Shown here piece by piece: positions 1 through 7,603 of a stretch of 64,000 nt of DNA. The DNA comes from an uncultured Eubacteriales bacterium. GTDB lineage: Bacteria > Bacillota_I > Bacilli_A > RFN20 > CAG-826. Below the pieces are notes generated by a model that ran no database searches, was not told the origin of the DNA, and was given only the letters and a program-made list of their open reading frames with translations. Location: the NCBI GenBank assembly GCA_963652335.1, contig CAVJSS010000001.1, positions 125,179 to 189,178 of the forward strand, written 5' to 3'. Made by a program: the position numbers and the translations under genes. Every line of letters starts with the position of its first letter. Position 1 is the stretch's first letter.

Positions 1-294
1 TTCGGCGCGACGTTCATGCTGACTGATCCGGTTACTTCTCCGACGAATAAGCCTAATCGAATCCTCTATGGGATGATCGCTGCCACTTTCACGGTTATCA
101 TCCGCTTGTTCGGCGGACTTCCGGAAGGCGTCGGTTTCTCAATCCTTTTAAGCAACATGCTCGTTCCTGTCTTGGATTACTATAAATGGTCGAATCCAAG
201 GTTCGGCAAGAAATTTTGGATCATTGGGAGCGTTTTGCTAGCCATCGGAATTTTGGTGATTTGCTTGGCCCTTGCTATCGGAGGTATCAAATAA
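1..294 (+). CDS. rnfD: RnfD/NqrB-family subunit, C-terminal fragment (5' end outside window)
   Basis: Frame 1 is open from nt 1 (FGATFMLTDPVTSP...GGLPEGVGFSILLSNMLVPVLDYY), a typical RnfD C-terminus. It is followed by rnfG-E-A. The stop overlaps the rnfG start (TAATG). Confidence 0.85.
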   Translation, partial: FGATFMLTDPVTSPTNKPNRILYGMIAATFTVIIRLFGGLPEGVGFSILLSNMLVPVLDYYKWSNPRFGKKFWIIGSVLLAIGILVICLALAIGGIK

Positions 295-836
295 TGGCTC
301 TGAAATTCGACAAAAAATTCATTACCCTCGGCTTGCTTTTGGGTGGCATGGCGGCTATTGCGGCCGGAATTTTGGGCGGAGTCAATCTTTTGACCGCCAA
401 AACCATTGAAGAAAACGACAAAAAAGCCCAGCAAACCGCCTTGGCTAAAGTCTTCAAAGAAGCCGATCATTATTCCGAGAAAATCAATGTTGAGGGCTGC
501 ACGTACATCTCAAATTACTATGAGGCTTACAAAGCCGATAATTCCTTATATGGCAACGTTTATTACACCGTTGGCAAAAACGCTTATGGTTCCGTCTCTC
601 TTATGATTGGCATAAAGGACGAACGCATTGCCAACTTTGTCGTGGTTACCAATACAGAATCTTATGCCACAACCTTGGAAGAAAATTATATTGGCAAGTT
701 CTTGGCCGATCCGGAAAACACCGATTTGGATGACATTGATACCCATTGTGGCGCTACTTATGGCGCCACCTTGGTCAAGGCCATGTGCGATGAAGCGCTA
801 AGCTATTCGAGTCAAAAAGATGAGGGAGGCAAATAA
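294..836 (+). CDS. rnfG: Rnf complex subunit G (FMN-binding, membrane-anchored)
   Basis: The ATG at 294 is inside ORF 186-836. There is an N-terminal TM anchor (ITLGLLLGGMAAIAAGILGG) and a flavinylation-type motif D-T-H-C-G-A-T (canonical D-x-x-S/T-G-A-T). The gene sits between rnfD and rnfE. Confidence 0.85.
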   Translation: MALKFDKKFITLGLLLGGMAAIAAGILGGVNLLTAKTIEENDKKAQQTALAKVFKEADHYSEKINVEGCTYISNYYEAYKADNSLYGNVYYTVGKNAYGSVSLMIGIKDERIANFVVVTNTESYATTLEENYIGKFLADPENTDLDDIDTHCGATYGATLVKAMCDEALSYSSQKDEGGK

Positions 837-837
837 A

Positions 838-1617
838 ATGGAAGAAAAAGTCTCTTATAAAAAAGAATTCCTCAAAGGCATTTTCATCGAGAATCCTTTG
901 TTTATCTCCTTACTTGGAACATGTCCGGCTTTGGCCACGACCAAATCGATCGAAGCCGCGATTGGCATGGGCATTTTGTTTACAATAGTTCTTATTTGCT
1001 CAAACGTTTTGATTTCTTTGTTACGGAAAGTGATCCCAGATGAAATAAGAACCCCAGCTTATATCTTGGTCATCGCTACGTTCGTTACGATCGTCAAGAT
1101 GTTAGCCCAAGCATATTTGCCAGAATTATATAGTACTTTGGGCGTCTTCATTTCCCTGATCGTCGTCAATTGCATCGTTTTGGGCCGAGCCGAAGCTTTT
1201 GCCTCCAAAAACAAGGTCCTGCCATCGTTGCTTGATGCTCTTGGAATGGGCATCGGCTATATGCTCGCTCTTATAATAATCGCTTTTTTCAGAGAGGTTT
1301 TGGGAACCGGAATGATTACCTTTGGGAAGATCTTCACTTTTATTCCTCTCACTCGAATTCCTATCTTGAAGATGGTCGAAGTCAATGCCGAAGGAATAAT
1401 CACCGGCGTGGTTTACGACTATTCAATCCCCTTATTTAGCAATCCGGCCGGAGCCTTCATCGTCTTTGGCTCGATCCTTGCCGTTATCGCCTTCATCGGC
1501 AATCGGAAAAAAGAACTTGCCGACGATAAGAAAAAGAAAGCGTTGGCCGTAGCTAGAGCCAAGGCCGCTGCCGAAAAGGCCTTAGCTGCGAAAAACAACG
1601 TAGAAGGAGGGAAATAA
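838..1617 (+). CDS. rnfE: Rnf complex subunit E, with Lys/Ala-rich C-terminal tail
   Basis: NPLFISLLGTCPALATT...VVNCIVLGRAEAFA is the RnfE/NqrD signature. The internal ATG at 838 (MEEKVSY) follows GGAGG. Confidence 0.9.
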   Translation: MEEKVSYKKEFLKGIFIENPLFISLLGTCPALATTKSIEAAIGMGILFTIVLICSNVLISLLRKVIPDEIRTPAYILVIATFVTIVKMLAQAYLPELYSTLGVFISLIVVNCIVLGRAEAFASKNKVLPSLLDALGMGIGYMLALIIIAFFREVLGTGMITFGKIFTFIPLTRIPILKMVEVNAEGIITGVVYDYSIPLFSNPAGAFIVFGSILAVIAFIGNRKKELADDKKKKALAVARAKAAAEKALAAKNNVEGGK

Positions 1618-1619
1618 GC

Positions 1620-2198
1620 ATGGGCTTTGTTACATTCTTGTTAGCCGTTCTAAGCGCGATGTTGGTCGATAATGTCGTCCTATCCAGATTCTATGGCATT
1701 TGTTCCTTCATAGGCGTCTCAAAGAAAGTCAATTCCGCCTTGGGAATGGGCTTGGCTGTAGTCTTTGTCATTATCATGGCAACTTTGATCTGCTACCCGC
1801 TTTATATGTTATTGGAAGCTGCCGGCATCCAATTCATGGACACGATAGCCTACATTTTGGTCGTGGCATGTTTGGTTCAATTAGTTGGCTTGTTCATCAA
1901 AAAATATTCGCCATCTTTATACAAATCTTTGGGCATTTATCTTCCTCTAATCACAACCAACTGCGCCGTTCTCGGCGTTGTTCAAGGAAATACAGATACC
2001 GGAAAGACCTTCGTTGAAGCATTGGCCAACGGCGTTGGAACCTCGGTTGGCTTCTTGCTTATAATCGTGGTTTTCAGTTGTATTCGCGTCAGATTGGATT
2101 CCGCCAATACCCCAAAAGCATGGAAAGGGGTTCCGGTGGCTCTTGCTACCGCGGCAATCATGGCTATCGCGATGATGGGCTTGACAGGACTTATCTGA
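1620..2198 (+). CDS. rnfA: Rnf complex subunit A
   Basis: VDNVVLSRFYGICSFIGVS...YLPLITTNCAVLGV is the RnfA/NqrE signature. The product is a polytopic membrane protein. Confidence 0.9.
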   Translation: MGFVTFLLAVLSAMLVDNVVLSRFYGICSFIGVSKKVNSALGMGLAVVFVIIMATLICYPLYMLLEAAGIQFMDTIAYILVVACLVQLVGLFIKKYSPSLYKSLGIYLPLITTNCAVLGVVQGNTDTGKTFVEALANGVGTSVGFLLIIVVFSCIRVRLDSANTPKAWKGVPVALATAAIMAIAMMGLTGLI

Positions 2199-2199
2199 T

Positions 2200-2412
2200 A
2201 TGTTGTTTCTTTCGAAGGGCGGTTATTTGGCCATCGCCATAGTCATCTTGGTTATCTTAATAGCTACCTTTATCGTTTCTTTTATCATCTATAGAAAAAC
2301 TCCGGTTCCAAAAGGCTGTGAGAACATAAAGATCGGTGGGGATAATTGCAAAGGCTGTTCGCATAAAGAATGCAGCCATCGCATACCTGATGAAAGTGAG
2401 GAAAAACAATGA
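2200..2412 (+). CDS. Small membrane protein with C-terminal Cys cluster (resembles FeoB-associated Cys-rich mini-proteins)
   Basis: 70 aa with one TM helix (LAIAIVILVILIATFIVSFIIY), then C-x9-C-x2-C-x4-C. The start is 1 nt after the rnfA stop, and its stop overlaps the next start (ATGA). Confidence 0.55.
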   Translation: MLFLSKGGYLAIAIVILVILIATFIVSFIIYRKTPVPKGCENIKIGGDNCKGCSHKECSHRIPDESEEKQ

Positions 2413-2792
2413 ATACGCCATATATCTCAATTAATTTGCTAGAATCTTCTTCCGCTGATGGATCTGTTTCCGGCATGACCATTCTCTGGGCCGTTTTGAT
2501 TCTTTTGGGAATTGGCCTTATCTTTGGGATCATTTTAGCCATTGCTTCAAAAGTCCTTTATGTCAAAGAAGACGAACGAATCGATGAGGTTGCCAAAATG
2601 CTTCCTGGCGCCAATTGCGGTGCGTGTGGCTATGCTGGGTGTCGCGCCTTGGCTGAGGCCATAGTCTCAAAGAAAGAAGAATGCATATCCAAATGCAAAG
2701 TCGGAAAGAAAGACAAGAATTTTGATCCTATCTTAAAATATTTGGAAGCCCATCCAGACGAGGACGGAACCAAATTCAAGACCCATCTATGA
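2409..2792 (+). CDS. rnfB: RnfB-like protein consisting only of the N-terminal TM anchor plus Fe-S domain (no polyferredoxin domain)
   Basis: TM helix (ILWAVLILLGIGLIFGIILAIA), then LPGANCGACGYAGCRALAEAI...CISKC, the RnfB N-terminal cluster motif. The ORF ends at 127 aa with ATGA overlap to apbE, and no CxxCxxCxxxCP motif follows. Confidence 0.75.
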   Translation: MNTPYISINLLESSSADGSVSGMTILWAVLILLGIGLIFGIILAIASKVLYVKEDERIDEVAKMLPGANCGACGYAGCRALAEAIVSKKEECISKCKVGKKDKNFDPILKYLEAHPDEDGTKFKTHL

Positions 2793-3757
2793 AAAAAGGT
2801 CTTAAGCTGCTGGCTTTATGGCCGTTGGCAACAGGATTGTCTGGCTGCGATTCGAATAAGATATACACCAAAACGGTGTATGCCTTTTCTACTTTTTTGG
2901 AGATGAAAATATCAGCAAAGGACGAAAAGATAATCAATCAAGCCGAATCGATGATTTCATATTTCAGCGAGATAACGGATTCATACAAAAAGTCAGACCA
3001 ATATGTCGGGGTTTATGATGTTAATCACACAAATGAAAAAATAGAGGTAAGCAAAGAATTATACTATATCCTCTATTTGGCTGATTGCATGAAGGAAGAG
3101 ACAAACGGCAACTTTTCGCCATATCTTTTCAATTTGTCGGTTCTTTATAAAAACGACTTTGCGATCAACGCCGTTCCTTCTTCATCGGAGATCGAGCCAT
3201 TGTTAGCGGAAGCCAACGAGACCAATTTGATGTTTTTCAAAGAAGACGGGGCCTATTATGTTCAAAGGAATGGAACAGGGCAAATTGACTTGGGTGGGAT
3301 AGCCAAAGGAGCTTGTTTGGATGCTTTGCATTCTTTGCTTGAAGAAAATGGGATAACTTATTATTTGGTAAGTTCCCAGAGTTCCATTTTGATGGGCGAA
3401 AAGGATTATTCCCCATCCTATTTCAAAATCGCCATCAGAGACAAACCAAACTGTCTTTTGAAACTCCAAAACTGTGGCTTAGCGACTTCGTCCATAAGTG
3501 AGCAGCGCTACGATATAGACGGAATAACCTATTCTCATATAATAGATCCCAAAACCGGATCGGCGGAAGCCAAACGTACGGCGGCTATCGTCAAAGGAGG
3601 CTTGGACGAAAATGCCAAATTAGATGCCTATGCGACGGCTTTCATGAATATGGAAGATAACGAAATAAAGGATTTCGTCGAAAAGCACAGTCTAAGTTCC
3701 TTGATAATAAACGGATCGGACAGCGTTTCGTATAATTTGGATACTTATGTCATTTAA
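2789..3757 (+). CDS. apbE: FAD:protein FMN transferase (ApbE/Ftp), lipoprotein
   Basis: Lipobox LATGLSGC. ApbE-type motifs IDLGGIAKG and YSHIIDPKTG. The gene is adjacent to flavinylated Rnf subunits. Confidence 0.85.
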   Translation: MKKGLKLLALWPLATGLSGCDSNKIYTKTVYAFSTFLEMKISAKDEKIINQAESMISYFSEITDSYKKSDQYVGVYDVNHTNEKIEVSKELYYILYLADCMKEETNGNFSPYLFNLSVLYKNDFAINAVPSSSEIEPLLAEANETNLMFFKEDGAYYVQRNGTGQIDLGGIAKGACLDALHSLLEENGITYYLVSSQSSILMGEKDYSPSYFKIAIRDKPNCLLKLQNCGLATSSISEQRYDIDGITYSHIIDPKTGSAEAKRTAAIVKGGLDENAKLDAYATAFMNMEDNEIKDFVEKHSLSSLIINGSDSVSYNLDTYVI

Positions 3758-4142
3758 AGAAACGGTTAAGAAACATAAAGCCGACATCATCCTTGCCGGA
3801 GTGATTTCCTTTATTTGCGTTTCAGCGATTGTGATTTTCGCTTGCGTTAAAGGCAAAAACGCCGCGAATTACGCGAAAATCTATGTCAAAAACAAATTGG
3901 TGGATGAGATAAATCTGAATACCGCGCCTGAGACGGACGCCGATTTGCTGGTTCATGGTGAAAACGGCGATATGAAAATCGCATATCATAAAGGCGAAAT
4001 AAAGGTGAAGGAGAGCAATTGCCCACACCAATATTGCGTCAACAAAGGCTATATAAAATCAGCATCAGACCCGATAATCTGCGTCTATAATGCCGTTTAT
4101 ATCGTTATAGAGGGTACATCGGATTTCGATGTGGTTATCTAA
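3747..4142 (+). CDS. NusG domain II-containing membrane-anchored protein
   Basis: N-terminal TM helix, then a beta-rich domain containing CPHQYC. This is typical of NusG_II (ex-DUF1312) proteins found beside Gx transporters. It overlaps the apbE end by 11 nt. Confidence 0.6.
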   Translation: MSFKETVKKHKADIILAGVISFICVSAIVIFACVKGKNAANYAKIYVKNKLVDEINLNTAPETDADLLVHGENGDMKIAYHKGEIKVKESNCPHQYCVNKGYIKSASDPIICVYNAVYIVIEGTSDFDVVI

Positions 4143-4633
4143 TGAGCATACGCAAAATAACGAGATTGGCGATGCTTTTGGCGATATCGATTGTATTATC
4201 GATTATCGAAGGTTTGATTCCGACTGGCCCTATACCAGGCATTAAGCTAGGACTAGCCAATGCGGTGGCACTCTATATTTTATACAAAGATGGAGTTTTG
4301 GATTCGATCGTTATCTCTTTACTTAGGGTTACATTGGCAGGATTGATCAGAGGGACAATTTTCCAAATGGGTTTTTGGATGTCTCTTGCCGGCATGGTCC
4401 TGTCTTTGTCGATGATGATTTTGTTCAAATTGGCATTTAGGAAATTTTCGATAATAGGAGTATCGATAATTGGGGCTATTTTCCATTCGATTGGGCAAAT
4501 TTTGGTGGCGATTATCTATTTAGGCACCATATATGTGGGTTACTATTTGCCAATATTGGTTCTTGTTTCGGCTGGGACTGGGATATTGACCGGATTCATC
4601 GCAAAAGGCCTTTTGAAAATTAAAATCGAATAG
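4142..4633 (+). CDS. Gx transporter family membrane protein (Hpre_diP_synt_I-like)
   Basis: 163-aa polytopic protein (LSIIEGLIP...GIKLGLANAV) characteristic of the family. TAATG overlap with the NusG_II gene. Confidence 0.65.
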   Translation: MSIRKITRLAMLLAISIVLSIIEGLIPTGPIPGIKLGLANAVALYILYKDGVLDSIVISLLRVTLAGLIRGTIFQMGFWMSLAGMVLSLSMMILFKLAFRKFSIIGVSIIGAIFHSIGQILVAIIYLGTIYVGYYLPILVLVSAGTGILTGFIAKGLLKIKIE

Positions 4634-4657
4634 GAAATCAAATATTTTTGTTTTGAT

Positions 4658-5149
4658 TCAATATAATAAAGGCTTTCTTAAATAATAAACGTCTATGTCT
4701 TTTCCCATTTTATGAGCCACATTGTGAAGATTGCCTTCCAGCAAGAAGCCGTTTTTAAGATGGAACGCCAAAGAATTTTCGTTTTCGCTTGTGATTATCG
4801 AAATGATGCTTTTCAAGCCAAATTCCTTCGCTTGTTTTAGAATTTCTTCCAAAAGAAGCTTTCCGATATGCTCAGAGAGATGGTCTTTGTTAACATAAAT
4901 CGATAAATCCGCCGTCTTCTTATAGGCGCTGCGAGGATTGAAGGTGTTTAGATAAGCATATCCTATCACTTTGCCTTTTTCGTTCAGGAAAACAATGAAA
5001 GGATATTTGCTCGCTATGTCCTCCACACGCTTTGAAAAGTCATTCAAATTGAGTTTATCCTCCTCTAAGGTAAAACAAGTGTTCTCGATGTAATAGTTAT
5101 AGATATCCAAGCACCCTTTAATATCCCGTTTCTCTAATTTTCTTATCAT
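4658..5149 (-). CDS. GNAT family N-acetyltransferase (phosphinothricin-acetyltransferase-like)
   Basis: 163 aa. GNAT core motifs (IGYAYLNTF...HIGKLLLEEILKQAKEFGLKSI...NENSLAFHLKNGF). Confidence 0.8.
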   Translation of the reverse strand: MIRKLEKRDIKGCLDIYNYYIENTCFTLEEDKLNLNDFSKRVEDIASKYPFIVFLNEKGKVIGYAYLNTFNPRSAYKKTADLSIYVNKDHLSEHIGKLLLEEILKQAKEFGLKSIISIITSENENSLAFHLKNGFLLEGNLHNVAHKMGKDIDVYYLRKPLLY

Positions 5150-5190
5150 TGGATCGACGCCTCCTTAGGAAATGTCAGTCATGCTTTTTC

Positions 5191-5220
5191 AAATAAAAAC
5201 GGCCCAAGTTTCTTCGGGCC
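5191..5220 (-). terminator. Rho-independent terminator after the tRNA pair
   Basis: On the minus strand, GGCCCGAAGAAACTTGGGCC is followed by GTTTTTATTT. Confidence 0.5.
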
Positions 5221-5233
5221 ATATTCTACACGC

Positions 5234-5307
<74 letters not shown>

Positions 5308-5309
5308 GA

Positions 5310-5386
5310 TGGCGGACCATAAGAGATTCGAACTCTCGATCTCCTCCGTGACAGGGAGGCATGTTAGACCGCTACACCAATGGTCC
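5310..5386 (-). tRNA. tRNA-Asp (anticodon GUC)
   Basis: The reverse complement GGACCATTGGTGTAGCGGTCTAACATGCCTCCCTGTCACGGAGG...GTTCGAATCTCTTATGGTCCGCCA has a 7-bp acceptor stem GGACCAT/ATGGTCC. Confidence 0.9.
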
Positions 5387-5437
5387 ACTGGGTGCGAATG
5401 GAAATATACCATAAAGCAGTCAGTTATGGAATATCTT

Positions 5438-5746
5438 TTATTCAACTCCGACAAACTTCTTCAATAAAGCAGCTGGTATAAAGCCAACCTGAGAACGGAT
5501 TTCCTTGCCGTTTTCGAAATAACGGAGGTCAGGAATGCTATAAACGTTGTACCTAGCGGCGATTTTTCCCAATTTATCGCAATCTACCTTAATGAAAGTT
5601 ATTTCAGGGTGTTGTTCAGCCAATTCCTCTATAAGTGGGCTAAGGCGCATACAAGGACCGCACCATGTCGCAAAGAAATCCACGACCACCTTATCGTTTT
5701 TCATTGCCTCTAAGAATTCGGCTTCGTTTTCTACGTGAATGAGCAT
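5438..5746 (-). CDS. trxA: Thioredoxin
   Basis: WCGPC active site. 102 aa from the internal ATG (MLIHVENEAEF), preceded by AGGAGAA. The longer ORF to 5869 overlaps the TraX gene. Confidence 0.9.
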   Translation of the reverse strand: MLIHVENEAEFLEAMKNDKVVVDFFATWCGPCMRLSPLIEELAEQHPEITFIKVDCDKLGKIAARYNVYSIPDLRYFENGKEIRSQVGFIPAALLKKFVGVE

Positions 5747-5762
5747 TTTCAAATTCTCCTTC

Positions 5763-6674
5763 CTATAAAGATAATAAAACAAAGATCGTTCCAATGATAA
5801 GGATATGCACCGGATAGTAAAGGTAGCTAACCCATCTGAACCATTTGGAATCATATCCACGCTTGCCATTATAAAGAATCAAAAAGAAACAAGAGATCAA
5901 TGCGAAGCTTCCTATCGAAGAGAAACACAATGGATCCCTTGAACCATAAACGAAAGACAAGCCATACATTATGACGACGCTGATGACCAAGACGCAAACA
6001 TTGGCCAAATTGAACATTCCTTGTCTTTTTTCAATGATTTCTTTCTCGTTCGATTCATATAAAAACGCTTTATCCGACAGCTTCGATGCCAAAGGCTCAG
6101 CGTAATAGAACCCTATCCCAAGCAACAAGGCGAACACCGAATAATCGGCTCTGATGAATTCAGGGAAATAGAGATAAAAAGAATCAAATCCATAAGCCCC
6201 AGCCAAATCGAAGCCATATGAGCAGCCAATCAAAATCAAAGGCAAAACGCATAGGGGTCGGAACTTTTTGCTTTCGTTGTTCAATAAAAAGAGAAATAAG
6301 CCAACATATAATAAGTCATTGAAAGCATTGGCTGGCATAGAACCCCCAAGACTGTTAAATTGCTCTATCTTAAGTCCGCAGGCTGCGGCGATGAACACCC
6401 CTAATCCGATTGCGAAAAAGGCTGCCCACATTATGAAAATCCTCAAAAGATATTTCTCGGGATTTTTAGATTTCTTAAGCGCTTGAACCAACAAAAATAT
6501 GAATATCGGCAATGCCAATCGTCCGACACATCTAAAAGCCTGTCCGACTCTTCCGATATCGGAAACGCTTGAATAAAATATGCCGATAAAGATTCCTATA
6601 TGATCTAATGTCATTGTCACAAAGCCGATTAATTTAAGCCAAAAAGAAGATAATATCTGCGTTTTTCCATTCAT
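5763..6674 (-). CDS. TraX family membrane protein
   Basis: LKLIGFVTMTLDHIG at the N-terminus and a polytopic 303-aa protein. Confidence 0.7.
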   Translation of the reverse strand: MNGKTQILSSFWLKLIGFVTMTLDHIGIFIGIFYSSVSDIGRVGQAFRCVGRLALPIFIFLLVQALKKSKNPEKYLLRIFIMWAAFFAIGLGVFIAAACGLKIEQFNSLGGSMPANAFNDLLYVGLFLFLLNNESKKFRPLCVLPLILIGCSYGFDLAGAYGFDSFYLYFPEFIRADYSVFALLLGIGFYYAEPLASKLSDKAFLYESNEKEIIEKRQGMFNLANVCVLVISVVIMYGLSFVYGSRDPLCFSSIGSFALISCFFLILYNGKRGYDSKWFRWVSYLYYPVHILIIGTIFVLLSL

Positions 6675-6675
6675 A

Positions 6676-7464
6676 TCAAATCACCATCAAAATCAATGCG
6701 AATATGTTGTTCATAATATGGGCGATCATCGATGCCCCGATTCCGAATCTATCGTTCGCAAAACACAATATAGCCCCGCAAATAACGTAATTCGGGATGT
6801 TTAGCCATTCTGCCAAATCAGGGTTGCTGAAATTGAAATGGATAAACCCAAAGAAAATCGCACATACGACATAAGCGATGGCTATGTGAGCTCTTTTTAG
6901 CAAATCGAACAGCCCTAAACGATATGTTATTTCTTCGCATATAGGACCAGCCAAACCCAAAAACATAAAGGCTAAGGGCTTAGAAAAAGAAAATACTTTT
7001 TCCAACGATTCCTGATTGGCGTTGGAGGAGATTCCATAATGAGCCAAAATCGCCGAATACCCGACATTGAATCCGACCAGGATTATTCCTACCGCGAATC
7101 CAAAGTACGTTCTTTTGTTCAAAAAACATTTGCCAATCGTCTTCCAATAATCGAAAGCGATCAAACTTAATATCAAAAAAAGGATTCCATAGGATGCATT
7201 CTGAACGATGCCATAATACGAAACGCTGTCGACAGGGTAAAACTTTTCGGTTATCGCAGCTACGATCAAAACGATCAATTGCAGTCCGATAAAACCAATT
7301 GCAAAGAAAAGGACTTCTTTTAGCAAAGAAGCCGATTCATTGACCGGATAGAGCTTTCTTGAAAATTCCGGATTGCTTCTTTTGCAATTCGGACAATGAC
7401 TGGCAGTCGGATCATAGAACGATCCGCAGCCTTCGCATTTTCTGTTCAAAAACCTAATTTTCAC
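6676..7464 (-). CDS. CPBP family intramembrane glutamic endopeptidase with N-terminal zinc ribbon
   Basis: CPBP motifs EEITYR, FGFIHF and HIMNN. N-terminal CxxC-x13-CxxC. Apparent GTG start with no clear SD, so the start is uncertain. Confidence 0.75.
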   Translation of the reverse strand: MKIRFLNRKCEGCGSFYDPTASHCPNCKRSNPEFSRKLYPVNESASLLKEVLFFAIGFIGLQLIVLIVAAITEKFYPVDSVSYYGIVQNASYGILFLILSLIAFDYWKTIGKCFLNKRTYFGFAVGIILVGFNVGYSAILAHYGISSNANQESLEKVFSFSKPLAFMFLGLAGPICEEITYRLGLFDLLKRAHIAIAYVVCAIFFGFIHFNFSNPDLAEWLNIPNYVICGAILCFANDRFGIGASMIAHIMNNIFALILMVI

Positions 7465-7603
7465 CAGATGATATTAACATAAAAAGTTCGATTGTTTGAT
7501 ATTAATCGTTTGGTTTGGCGCCATCAAACAAGCTTGCTTCTTAAATCGCACGCATACACGATGTATAATAAAAAAACGTTGACCAATCCTTGGAGGTTTA
7601 GCC

